DNA of 63,102 nucleotides, counting the filler, from Kipferlia bialata (taxonomy: Eukaryota): assembly GCA_003568945.1 (NCBI GenBank). It is 6 parts of 6 records of this genome, joined end to end, with 100 filler letters (N's around TTAATTAATTAA, not from the genome) between each part and the next. Parts side by side here need not be neighbours in the genome. Positions count along the whole stretch, not along the records: positions 34,624 to 46,049 come from BDIP01001239.1; positions 46,150 to 57,564 come from BDIP01001240.1; 4 more parts are not named here. One strand, given 5' to 3'. The notes below the pieces were generated by a model. That model did not search any database. It saw only the letters and a program-made list of their open reading frames with translations, and was not told the origin of the DNA. The position numbers and the translations under genes are program-made. Numbering within the stretch: position 1 is the stretch's first letter; the number at the start of each line of letters is the position of its first letter. Below, in pieces: positions 40,801-54,506 of the stretch.

Positions 40801-41578
40801 GCTTGTCACACTATTATCTGAGAGTTCTCGTGAATAGAATCAAGTTGATGATTCAATCAACAAATGTCCTGATACTGGCCCAGTATTACTGGGTCTTAGC
40901 TAGTATAAGACTGAAACTCTTAGTGAGTCAGTTACCTAGCCACGGAGTGAGGTTGTTACTTTGGGTTTCTTGTAGTTTGAGGCTCAATCTTTGAGCATGA
41001 GTTACTGGACAATGAATCAGTTACTAGTACAGAGTTAACAGTCGACGGTCGGCTGCCGACCATTGACAATCATAATCACTCTCGCTCAAGTCATTAAAGT
41101 ATACGTAGTAATATCAATAATACAACCACGGTAATTCGATTCATTTAGTGAGTTGGGTCCAAAATAACGAATAACAAGCAATGATAGAAAACTGACTGGA
41201 CACAAACATCAACTATACGAAACACCACTTGAGCAACTCACTAAACTCCGTCCGAACCTTCACTGAGCCAACTACTTGAAACATACTATTTCCCATTCCC
41301 CTTCTTCTGTTGAGTGACAGGAAGAGGCAGGGGGAGAGAGAGAGAGACTGGTGCCTCGAGGGCTAGGAAGGGATCTGACTCAGAGGCGGCAGCGCCACTG
41401 AGCTGCTCGACAGGGGCTCTAGCTGTACTAGCAGCACCCTTAGCCCTAGTGGCTCTCTGAGTACGAGTACCTCTAGATGGTACCCGTCCACGGCTAGCAG
41501 GAAGAGAGGAAGAGGTAGCCTTAGCTCCCTTAGCACCACTCGCAGCTCCCTTTGCAGGCCTCTCTCTCTCTCCCCTGG

Positions 41579-44500
41579 TTACCCCAGTTCCTCTCTGCAC
41601 ACCAGTCTGGGCCTTTGACCTAGTGTTGATCGCTGCCGACCCCCTTTGACCTTTGCAGACCCTCTTTGACTATTGTTGACTCTCTTGTCGTCCTGGGACT
41701 GTGGGGTGGATGGGATAGAAGGGGTTCTCAGACGGAGAGTGCCGCCTCTGAGCCACTCAGAAACCCTGGACATTAGGGGTGCAAAGGGAGGAGAATTCAA
41801 TTACAACATAAATATATACAACATAGAATAGAATACAACCAATGTACAATATACATAGAGTACAACCTTCTTTACAACATAAATATATACAACATAGAAT
41901 ACAACAAATATACAATATACAGTGTCCATACCTACTCTTCTTCTGCTTGGACTCTAGCTGGGGCAGGGTGAGAGCTGGGGGTGAGGTATAGACAGTTAGT
42001 ACCCACATAGAGAGAGAAAGAAATGATATCTTGTGGTAATGAATATTACTAATACTATTATTACTAATAATCCAGTAGCAATACAACTAACCCTTAAGTA
42101 TCCTCTCCCCTGCGTCAAAGACTCTGCCTCTGGACACGGCATCGGAGATGACACCTGTGAGTGAGATGCTATATGACGTATACAACTATATATGTATATA
42201 CATGCTATATATATGCTATATAGTATATGTACTCTGCCTCTGGACACGGCATCGGAGATGACATCTGGGGGTGAGTTATAGTCAGACATGATGTATAGCA
42301 ATTATATTTGTGGTCATATACAAGATGTGTAGCGATAGTACTCTGCCTCTTACACAGCATCTGCGGTTACTAACCGCCGGTTAGGCGAATTTGTATATAT
42401 ATACGAATATTCAAACATACTAGTTGTTGCTAGAATGTAGCACATATATATATTGGGGTCACAGCACAGTGAGATACCCACCGAATAAACGAATATCATC
42501 AGTACTGCTAATATATATATATATATTTATATAGTTATATAGTGTCTGTATATACGCACTCTGCCAGGTGGGGTCACAGCAGAGTGTGGTCACACTGCCT
42601 ACCACGATCAGTCTGTCCTTGGCCCTAGTCAGTGCAACATTCCTAGGGTGAGATGAGGTCATATATATATATGCATATATATAAAGAGAGAGAGATATAG
42701 AGAGTGAGATGTCCTTGGCCCTGGTAAGGGCAACATTTCTATGAGTAAGGGAGATACATAACATGAGGGAGAGAGAGACACATATGGATAGAGAGAGAAA
42801 GACAGTTGTGTACGTACATTCTTCTAGGATCTCTTGTGAACCCCAGGCTACCTCTGCTGTTGGACCTCACAGTGGTGTAGATGACAATGTCGGCCTCAGT
42901 GCCCTGAGATAAGAGAAGGTATATAGTACTCTAGTATAGTATTGATAGTTATATAGTATATTGCATATATATAGTATGCCAGTGGTGTAGATGACAATGT
43001 CAGCCTCAGTGCCCTGGGGATAAGTAAGAGGTATAGGTATATAGTCCAATATACAAGAGCATTGTATCTAGTATTGTGTTATATAGTATATAGTACAATA
43101 TATTTATATGAAATATTACAAAATACAAGTGGTATGGAAGTGTAGATGATAATGTCTGCCTCTGTACCCTGATGATAAATGTGGAAGACAGTATATACTA
43201 CTCATAATATATACTCCTACTATACAAGACGCCATCTCCCCATATCTATCTTGAAGACTCATATGTATGTACCTGTGACCCATCTATTGTGGACACTGTC
43301 ACTCTGGACAGGGTCCCACTCACATACTATAACACCTTACACTCATATATATACAATACATTTATGTCTATAGTGTACCTGTGACCCATCGATAGTGGAC
43401 ACCGACACTCGAGATAGGGTGTCAGTCCAGTGGGGCTCCTGGGGGATAAGAACACAATAACCTACAGTAGAGGGATCTGTGGCATACAGAAGTGCACACC
43501 TATATCTGTATATAACAATGAATACCTTGTTCAACAGATGGGAGATGAGCCTAGTCTGTGCCGGATAGGGGCATAGTACCAGCGTCCCCATATATATATA
43601 AATATATATATAAGTCTACACCTATATTTGCATATATCAATAAATACCTTGTTCAAAAGATGGGAGATGAGCCTAGTCTGTGCCTGATAGGGACACAGAA
43701 CCAGCATCCCCATATATGTACATATATATATAACTCATACCTTGTTCAACAAGTGCGATATGAGCCTTGTCTGCGCCTGATAGGGACATAGTACCAGCAC
43801 CTTCTTCAGGAGAGAGGGAGAGAGACAGTCCAGCAGAGATAGGAGACCCAGGACACAGTTGGCCTGGTGCCAGTTGAAGATGGACGTGCCGTTCTTATCC
43901 TACAGTGAGTATATGAAGATAGAGTAAAGAACACACACATATATTCATATATATACTATTAATACGGTACCTTCTCCTCCCTGCCATCAATGTCCAGCAC
44001 TGAATAGTACAGAAGAGTACCGTGAATGAACACTGTATATATCTACATATAGATATGGATATCTACATATGTAGTGTATACTCTTCTAACCCTACCTTCT
44101 CCTCCCTGCCGTCAATGTCCAGCACAGTGTAGTGTTGTAATTCATACAAATGACCACTGTATCTATATACACACATATAAGTCATATCGCTAACAACTCT
44201 ACCTTCTCCTCCCTGCCGTCAATGTCCAGCACAGTGTAGTGCCCCAGTCTGGCGCAGGATATGGGCTGTATGCCCTGGTGCAGAAGTGCCCTGTCAACGG
44301 CATCTGTCACACCCTCTCTCTCTCTCTCTTCTTTAGTACTCTTGGTACCCTTGGAGTCCTTGGGACTGGTAGAGATACCAGCGTCCACCCCGTTCTTAAT
44401 CTTCCCCCCGTAGAAGAGTAGGTTGGGCGTCCTCAGGATATCTGGGTGCATACGGTACTGGGTGTCGAGGAGAAGGACCTATCGTTAATACATAGTAAGT

Positions 44501-46049
44501 AATCATATCTGTTACTAAGTTACAATATATACATATACTATATATGTACTATATGGGTGCATACGGTACTGGGTGTCCAGGAGGAGGACCAGGAGGTGAA
44601 CTATACATATATAATCTAGTGTATACATTCATACTGTATGGATATAATAGAATCATACGTATACTGCATGGATATCACGCTCCACATGTGTGAGAGTCTA
44701 GAGACAGATGATACTACGCGCCAAACCACAATTCATGATATACGCACCTCTCCCTCTCTCTTGACCATCCTCTCCATGAGTGACACTCTAAATGCAGAGG
44801 ACACGTCGGACACAAGGGTGGGTGGTAGCTGGTTGTGGTCGCCAAACAGACAGACAAAGGGAGCAGCGAGGCCAAGGAGGGTCTCCCCCTGGATGTTAGA
44901 ACGAGAGAGAGAGAGAGGAAGAGAGAGAGAGAGGGGTGTATCCTGAGAGTCGCATGAGAGTCTATATTCGAGGTGAGTGTTAGACATATCCTCTACATAG
45001 TCACACAGAGTCATACCTCCGAGGTCTGTCCTGCCTCATCCACGTACACGGCATCAAACGAGTGGGCCAGCTGTGACAAGAGAGACGCCAACGATACCGA
45101 GTGGAGAGACGTGAATGTGCTAAAAACCACATCACTTCTGTAGAGGGCATCGAACTTATCGTCGCCCTTAGGAACATAGCCCGGTCTGCTAGCACCAGAG
45201 ACCCCTCTCTCAATGGCACAGTCCTAAGGTCAGTGTATGTATAATAGTACATCATCAGTAGTATCCATAGTACCAGTATCACTTCCCAAGTATCAGTATG
45301 TAGGGTTTCTGGGGTACATATCAGTGGCAGTATCATAGTGAAACACAGCATATAGTCTAACCTTGGCAACTGTATATATATATATATATAAAATATACAT
45401 AAATATATGAATATATATGACTAACCTTGGCAACTGTGCTGAGGTGGAAGGGACGCAGCCGGGGTCTTACAGACTCAAACACACCCACACGCAGAAGACG
45501 CACGGGTTTAGCTGGGATGAGACCGATTGAGAGATACAGTAGTAGCAGATAACAGAGGGTAATACAGATATAATTAATATACTGTATAGCGTATTAAGTG
45601 AACATATATAATACTATACTACGCGATATATACCTGGTTGCATGGCGTCTGCCCACTCCTTACAGGCTATGAGGCAGTTATCAACGGCCTTGTTACTCGA
45701 ACACACAACCAGTACCCTAGGCCGATCACGCGGTGTCTGCTCCTGTCTCTTCCTCACACGGTCTGGAGTCATTAGAGACTACTCAATGGAATCGCGTAAT
45801 ATTACTGTGATATATGGTGAAGTATACCTGTCTGGGAGTACCGCCTCCCCCCCTTGTTCAGCACTAGGGAGAGAATGCTGGCTGCCAGGGTGTGGGTCTT
45901 GCCAGTGCCAGGGGGGCCATGCACCATCTGGAGTACGGGCTGGGGTTAGTATTATTAGTTAGTTGAGCATTAGACATAGTATCCACAACACAGCACCTGT
46001 CTCTCCGTGACTGTGTCGAACAGGGAGTATATCCTGGATACGGCACTAT
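41579..46049 (-). CDS. Multi-exon Upf1/DNA2/senataxin-like superfamily 1 helicase, 5' partial
   Basis: Motifs in order: HGPPGTGKT (~45897-45923), VCSSNKAVDN, VYVDEAGQ, FGDHNQLPP, LDTQYRMHP, LCPYQAQ, STIDGSQ|GTEAD, RRM|NVALTRAK. The C-terminal end is uncertain (41579 or 41286). Confidence 0.92.
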
Positions 46050-46149
46050 NNNNNNNNNNNNNNNNNNNNNNNNNNNNNNNNNNNNNNNNNNNNTTAATTA
46101 ATTAANNNNNNNNNNNNNNNNNNNNNNNNNNNNNNNNNNNNNNNNNNNN
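46050..46149. other. Artificial contig spacer
   Basis: N44-TTAATTAATTAA-N44. Confidence 0.98.
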
Positions 46150-46421
46150 AGGAGGGTGCTGGCCAGGGAGATTGCCGCAGAGGGATTCATGCACTCAGGT
46201 ACACCCTTCTCCCTCTCTCTCTTTCTCTCTTTCTTTCTCAATCTCTTGGCATATATATAGGACAGTCTTTTGTTTACTATTCTAACCCCTCAGGCCTTGA
46301 CGTTCTGGTGGCCCCTGAGGCCAGTGTGCTACTATTTGCGGCACTCACTGTTAGGCCCCCGTCCAAGGGCAGCAAGGTCCAGAGGGGGGAGGGAAGGACA
46401 CTCCCAGGACTCGTAGAGTGA
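46150..46421 (+). CDS. Last two exons of a truncated hypothetical gene
   Basis: RVLAREIAAEGFMHS, intron gtacac..ctaacccctcag, then GLDVLVAPEASVLLFAALTV..LVE-TGA. Confidence 0.55.
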
Positions 46422-47079
46422 GGGTCGCTGCTCCTTAGTACCTTCATTGAAGAGTACTATAGGTAGACTCTGCTCTCTTACATACAATATGAATACATGG
46501 TGTGATTCTTCACCTGGACCTCATCTCTCTGCAATTGGAGAGTGAGAAATTTCAAGAATACAATAGAATCTAATATCGACACCACTCATTGGGCCAGACC
46601 AAGAAATGTTTGAGTTGACATCCACGTCGGGCAACTACAGGTGACGTCCCCTGGTTGGAGGCAAGTACTGAAGTTCACGCAAATGTGTGAGTGTCTGTGT
46701 GGCGTTCCTCTGTATGTAAATCACTGGTGGGGGGCAGAAAGAGACTGTATCTATGATCATTGTGACTAGCAAACGTTTATAGTACATGATATACTACAAT
46801 ATATATACATACTAATAGTATGATACTATATACTATATACTGCAGCCTACACTCCGCATTACACCATACAAGTTGTAAAGTTTAGAACTCTGTTTTCCTG
46901 TGTTTTGATGGCGTCAGAAGTCCTCTACTAATTGGGACTGTAGAGAGAGAGAAAACTGCCACTGTAGTGAGATGGTAATCCTAGGGTCACCGTAGCCTGT
47001 GGCAGAGGTTTGAAGTCTTTGTCTCTCTTCCAAAACCTCACTCGTTTACGAATACACTGCACCCAGTGTATATACCCAC

Positions 47080-48033
47080 ATGCCTCTGAAAGAGTGGTAT
47101 GACCGATGTGTTGTGGCAGTGCCTGAGATCACGTACCCATATCAGCTACGATATTTCCCTCAAGTGGTCGCTATAGGACACAATGAGGCTCTGTTGACTT
47201 ACTATGTATACGGAACGGGACACATCTGGAGACTACTGACCATCCACGACGACCATACTGTTACACAGACAGCACATAGAGTACCGGCATATGTGTCCGA
47301 CATGGAGTACCCTTCGATAGTCAAAGTGCAGGAAAGTATAGTTGCCTGTGGATTCAAGCGCACACGTGGACGTAGAGACAAGTTTGTTATGGCCAGATTC
47401 GACTGTATTCACAAGAAGTGGGAGAGTCTACACAATCTGTCGGGAAGCAAACCTTTTCCGAGGGAGTTTCCCAGCTTGTGCACAATCGGGGACTCTTGAT
47501 TTCTTCTTGGTGGTGGAAACAACGTTTACGGTGACGATTCAACCGATGTGTGGGTATGGGATGCTGACACGTGCACTTGGACCAAGGGTAGAGACCTACC
47601 CAGAGTGATCTCCACACTTGATGCAACAATCTCTATCAATGAGGATTGCATATTTCCAGGCCGGGAGGGATTCAGTTTGTCACTGCGCAACGGGTCTCTG
47701 AGACAAGAGAGAGAGCAGTGGACCTTCCTGTCCACGTGTGAACCTGAGCCAACGATTGCATTTGCTTGTCTAGGATCCGCCTATCAGCGCCTTCTCTTGG
47801 CCTGCCCAGGTAGAGGGGCAAGAGATGATGATATGGACACATGTGTATGTTTGTATGACATAGTATCTGGCGACTTGACGCCTTGTGAGTCTCTCCCTGT
47901 GAGGTGCAGAAGACGGAGAAGTATATCTGCTACTATGATCAACCCCTCTACTGCTATTGTGGTCGGTTACAAGGACATGGTTGTGGTGGATGTGCTGCCA
48001 GAGGTGCTGGGTAGTAACTTCTACAGCGAGTAA
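47080..48033 (+). pseudogene. Intronless Kelch-like gene interrupted by one in-frame TGA
   Basis: ORFs 47080-47499 and 47548-48033 share a frame. Reading through TGA 47497-47499 gives CTIGDS*FLLGGGNNVYGDDSTDVWVWDADTCTW, an intact Kelch repeat. Confidence 0.75.
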
Positions 48034-48621
48034 TGAACGGCATTGTCACAATGGTTGCAGACTCTATGTACGTCACTAATAGATTTCTACCAGTATCAAG
48101 ACAAGTGGGGACTTGGCTGTACTTTACTGTCATTGAATAGCTAGAATATTAACAATACTGAGAGGTGATGTTTGAAAATTATGGTTACACTACGGCGGGA
48201 AGAGTTAGCAGTAGCGCGTAGACGCATAATACAGGGCGTCTACTATCATAATGGTAGGAATCAATTGATTGTGCAGCGATTCACCTCTATTGGTGTTCAT
48301 ACAAATGAGTTCCATTCTCGCAAGAGACATTCTCTCTTCTCAAGCATTGAGCCACTTCTCTCACCACTGCAAATGTCAGTGTGTGAAGCTCTATTTTCAC
48401 TCCTCCACCTTCAGCAACACTGGACATTGAACTTACACTACTGATATGCTCTCCCTCCCATAATCTACTCTATTCGTTTTCACAAATGTGTCACATATTA
48501 CAGAGAGAAGTAACTCACATATAGTAAGTGTATCACGACTATAGCTATTAGTCCGATATGCTCTTTCTCACATCCTCCACACTCACTGTGAGTAACATAG
48601 CGACTATTACGACTATCAATG

Positions 48622-51145
48622 TTAGTCTGATATGCTTTGTCTCACGTCCTCTACCGACACTGTGAGCAGCATAGTGAGGGGTGTCTCTGGGAAGTCGGGG
48701 TGGAGGGAACCCAAAACCAGCACTGTGTCTGTGGTGAGAGGAAACTGCAAGATAGCCATGTGAACACGCACTCATTCCAAAATAACCTCAAGGGTCAATA
48801 ATGTATATGTTGAGAACAATGAACACAAACCTAGGAGAGTATTGAGGGTAAAGAAGGCCCTCCTCGCTAAACATATATCATATACATACTCCTACGATAG
48901 GACCTATCACCTTCTCCGAGTGTGCATGAGGTGGTACAGGAATGTATATATATGTATACATGACAATATGTATATATAGAGAGAGATACAGATACCCACC
49001 CTCTCCGAGTGTGCATGAGGCGTAGTGGTATACGTATATATATACTTATATATATACTAATATCATCTTAAAGATACTGTTAACGATATACAACTATATG
49101 TATAGCAATAGAGATACCCACCCTCTCCCAGAGTGCATGAGGTGTAGTGGTACAGGTACTCCTCTCCCTCGTAGGGTATGGCTGCCAGCTGCTTGCCCCA
49201 CATGTGCCTAAGGTCAGAGAAGAGGATATGGAGAATATCAACTATCAAAGGAGAGGAAACAGAGACTGTGCTATGATTCTGCCGCTGAAGACACAGAGTG
49301 AGTTAGGAGAAATACAATTTGAGAGAAATAGACTACCTGTCACCATGATATTCATAAACAGCCGCCTCGCAAATAATACTCAGTGTACTCATACACTATT
49401 GTGTACACATTACCTCTCAGTGTCGTATCCATAGACTCAACAACAACCGAAACAAGTAGTATAGTATACATGTATAATGTGTTGTATATTTACCTCGCAG
49501 TGTCGTATCCATAGACTGCCTCCTCAGTGAAGCCAAGGGCAAGGTTACCAGGTAGGGCCTGCTAATGAGACTACTATCGATACTGTATATAAATTATGTA
49601 CTTCTGAGGATGTTGATAAATGAATATGGTATAGTAGAAAGTATTATGGTGAACCCAAGAGCAAGGTGACCAGGTAGGGTATGTTACTAGTAGTGAGAGT
49701 ACTTCAGACACATATAGATTATGTACTTGAGTTTGTTGATATATACTTTATCACGCGAACTAATACCCAGAGCAAGGTTACCAGGTAGGGCCTGTTAGCA
49801 TGAGAAGAATATAGGAGATACTGAAAGAGAGTGAAGCCAATTGAAAGGTTTCCAGGAAGGGCCTATTTGTGAGGTAACATGTGTATGTTGGACACACTAA
49901 GAATATGAACAACTAGAACCCGTTCTGAACATGTATGGGTACGTGTGTATGTATTGGTATTGTGCAGGTGGCAGATTCAACACAACGACACGGCGATCCT
50001 AGAGGGTAACTGAAAACAACAGCACTTCAGCCTTCAATATGTGTGGATTATTTGCATATAGTGTACATACTAACCTGGAACCCATTTGGTCCCCCTTTGG
50101 GACCACCGAGGGTAGTCCAGACACATGGGTGTTAGAAGATGTATCAGTATCAGTATCAGTGATACTGATGTAAATATACACTCCAAAAGATACAACCAGG
50201 GTGTAGTCCAGACACCTGGGTGTTAGAAGGTCATATGTAGACATGTGTATATAAATATATATTAATACAATAGTATATGTAGAAATGAGACTGCAGAGAT
50301 CAGTAGCCAAGGAAGAAACGGAGGCAGCCCAGACACTTGGGTGAAAGGGTAGGATGCATAGGAAGTCGGAATAGTTACCCATAACTAGTGAGGAGTAAGA
50401 AGCAAACGACATACCTTCAGGTGATCTGCAGAGGGCAGAGCATACTCTATATGCAAACGCACATATACATAATCAGTATATAAGTATACTATACACAGAG
50501 TATATATCTACATCTTATACCTGCAGGTGCATCAGCAGTGGACAGGGCATACTCTGCGTGGTTACCATGAATATAGTATACATATATACTATATATACTA
50601 TACACAGTATAGGAAAATCATATTACCCTCAGGTGCATCTGCAGTGGGCAGGGCATACTCTGCATACTATATACATTCACATATATATACTATATACAGT
50701 GTATATGCCATATGTATACTATACACTGTATATGGATCTCTATATAGTATATACCTCCTGGTGCATCTGCACTAGGCAGGGCATACTCTGCGTGGTAGTC
50801 ACCATATATACAATACACATATGTATCATCCTATATATACTATACATTATATATACTATACACTATAATACACATACCTGCAGGTGCGTCAGCAGTTGGC
50901 AGGGCATACTCTGCATGGTAGTCACCAAAGGCATCATAGGCATGGCCCACAAGATGAACACGGCTTGGGTTAGAGACTATAAGAGAGAGAGAGAGAGAGA
51001 GAGTCACCAAAGGCATCATAGGCATGGCCCACAAGGTGGACACAGCTGATAGTGAGAGACGAGAATATGAGAGAGAGAGAGAAAGAGAGAAGTAACACTG
51101 GCATGGCCCACAAGGTGGACACGGCTAGAAGGGTAAGAAGAGACT

Positions 51146-51187
<42 letters not shown>

Positions 51188-54100
51188 CCGAAGGCATCAT
51201 AGGCATGGCCCACAAGGTGTACGTGACTTGGGTTAGAAGAGACTAGAAGAGAGAGGGAGCGAAAGAGAGAAAGAGAGACTTAAGACGTAGACATGGTCAC
51301 AATGTGCAGACAGCTGCTAGGTGAGGGCAGTCAGAGTTGGTAAATGACAGTGAAGTATGCATGTCAGTCCAGCACACAAAAAGGCATGTCACCCAGGAGA
51401 TAGTGAGAGAAAGAGTATTTTACCTGTTCGAATAGCCTACTCCGAACATGGTCCTCTTGAACTGTCCATCTGTGACCGGCTCGTCATCCTCAGCAATATA
51501 GAATATGTGTATATCATAGACTATCTATACTACTAGATACCTGTTCGAATACCCGATTCCGAACATTGTTCTCTTGAACTGACCATCTGTGACAGGCTCA
51601 TCATCCTCAGAGAGAGGTGGTGGGTTGGCACAGCGCTTGTGTTAAGAAGCTAATCATCATATGATATGTATTTGTATAATGCTGTAAATAGCTCTATTTC
51701 TCTGTGATACATCAGATACACACCTTATTGTCATGTCCCTTGTGTTGCATATCATACATACTCTATAACACGCCATACGTCACTAACAATATAAATAGGT
51801 GCAATATCACAAATATATGTGTAACTATGAATATACCTTCCAGGACATGTCCCTTGTGTTGCATATCCATGCCTGGAGGCACTTGTCCTGGGTCAGGTTG
51901 TACTTGCCAAGGATGACAAGGAACTAGGGTCAGCCAAACATCATCTGTATTTCTTATATATATATTGGTATTTCTTATATATACTAGTAACTAATATGTA
52001 TGAATGTTTAGTGAGATTAGATATATACCTCTGTATCTGATATGACCCCCGCCTTTCTAGGGCATAAACCATAAATATTCAAGTATATTCCATATTCTAT
52101 ATATATTTCTATATTCTTAGTATTTACATTCATATATACATATGTAGTCACATACTTCCGTGTCTGATATGGCCACTGCCCCTCTAGGGCATACATGCAT
52201 ATATATACCAGAATATTCCATTCTATATATAATTCTATATATGAAGTATTTACATTCATATATACGTGTATAGTCAATATATGTCACATACCTCTGTGTC
52301 TGATATGGCCACTGCCCCTCTGAGGCATAATGCATTCACACATATATATACTGTACTATATTGATATATATGTATAATATATATATAAATATCTGCATAT
52401 GTAGTATATATATATATATGTACCTCTGTGTCTGATATGGCCACTGCCCCTCTGGGGTATCTGACAGTGGGGCCCTGGGAGTGAGGGTATATAAATATCA
52501 ATTGCTATGTTGTATATAGAATATAGTATATTAGATAATAAACCCACCCCACATGGTATGCTCACTGCGCTGCCTCTATCTCTAAAAGTATACGTGAGCT
52601 AATATATATACTATATAGACACAGTGTATGACTCTGTCTCTCTGTTTGTCTCTCTCTCTATACATTTAGTGTACATAAATATATACTATGTAAACAACAT
52701 CTCACCTCAGCTCCACAGGGTACAGCCTCTATCCACTCCTCTGTCTCCAGTGAGTACACATGCACACATGGGGCAGACACACATATATAAATATATACCT
52801 ATATATATTACTAGGCCGAGTATGTATATATTGATACCTCACTGCCACATGGAATGGCCTCTACCCACTCCTCTGTCTCCAGTGAGTACACGTACACAGA
52901 TGGGGCAGAGATACCACCCTCTCCCTCTCCCTCACCATCTTCTTCGGGCTCAGTGTCCTCAGCTGTGGATAGCTGAGAATGAATATTAGTATTACAGATA
53001 AAGTATCATAATAAACAGTATATTACTGATATTAGTTACAAGGGACATTCAGTGTTCGGTTAAGTTCAATACTTCCCATACCTCATCCTCCTGTGTCTTG
53101 ATATATCAATATCTGAGAATATAATGAGTATATATGTGAAAAGCATACACCATTCAGTATCCGGTATATATATCACTATATATCACTATATATCACTATA
53201 TGTCACTATATATCACTATATATCACTACATATCACCTCATCGTCCTGTGTCTTGATGACCCTGCCCCCGTCAAAGACATAGACCTGATCGATTAAGAGT
53301 GAGTAATAGTATATATATCGCATAAGTATGATACATAGACCTGGTCGAGTAAGAAGGTGGGAGAATCAAGATATCGCGAAAGTATGAGACTTGTATGACC
53401 TGATTGCGTTAGAGTAACTCTGACTCAGACACACGATAAGAGAGGGTGAATAAATAGCTGCACACACACCTTGTCTACCACACACACTCCAGAGGTATGT
53501 ATATATATACTTCCATATATACTTACATATATGTGTATTGTAATACATCTACGTCACTACTTAATAGTAGCACTGCATCTACATACACACCTTGTCCCCC
53601 AGACACACTCCAGATGCCACGCCACTGAAGGGTGCAGAGATGGCCTTGGTTTCCAGCTAGGGAGTGAGATAACTGGAGAGATATGTATATATGTATAGCA
53701 TTAACACAGTATCTTCCTTCTTGTCCCATAAGAGTGTGCCAATGTACATATATATGTATAATACTACCCACATATATATAGTATATATATAGTATAGTCC
53801 CACTGAACTACTTGTTACCTCTCTGTCCTCTGTGAGTGTGGCTGTGTACACTGTGTTGGGGGTGCCTTTGGTAGGGTACTCCTCGTTCCAGCCTTGTGGG
53901 TAAGTATGTATATACACACAAATACTTATAGGTCTGGAGAGAGAGTGAACTGGTAGAAGTAGTGGAAGGGTACTCCTCGTTCCAGCCTAGATGAGAGAGG
54001 AACGAAAAGAGAGATAATCACACGTATCAGACAAAAAGACGGAATGGGTAAAGTATGTATATACATATACATAGTTAAGATGATATGGGACAGAAGCCCA

Positions 54101-54224
54101 AAAGCGAAGTATGGGTCTAGAGAGAAAGAGAGAGAATAGTGTTACTACATACCTAGCAGCATGGCCGAGTTGTAGTGCATATACATAAACATATATACAC
54201 ACACACAGACATTAACATACATAA

Positions 54225-54260
<36 letters not shown>

Positions 54261-54472
54261 TATCATGTTCCTGCATACCTAGCAGCATGGCGGGTTTGGA
54301 GTGCATATACATAAACATATACACATATATATATATTTACATATATATATATAGAGAGAGAGAGAGTATGATGATCCTGCATACCTAGCAGCATGGCCGA
54401 GTTGGGACCGGTCTTGATGCAGCTGGGGAGTGAGACATATGTATCGATATGTATATATAGTAATATATACAC

Positions 54473-54506
<34 letters not shown>

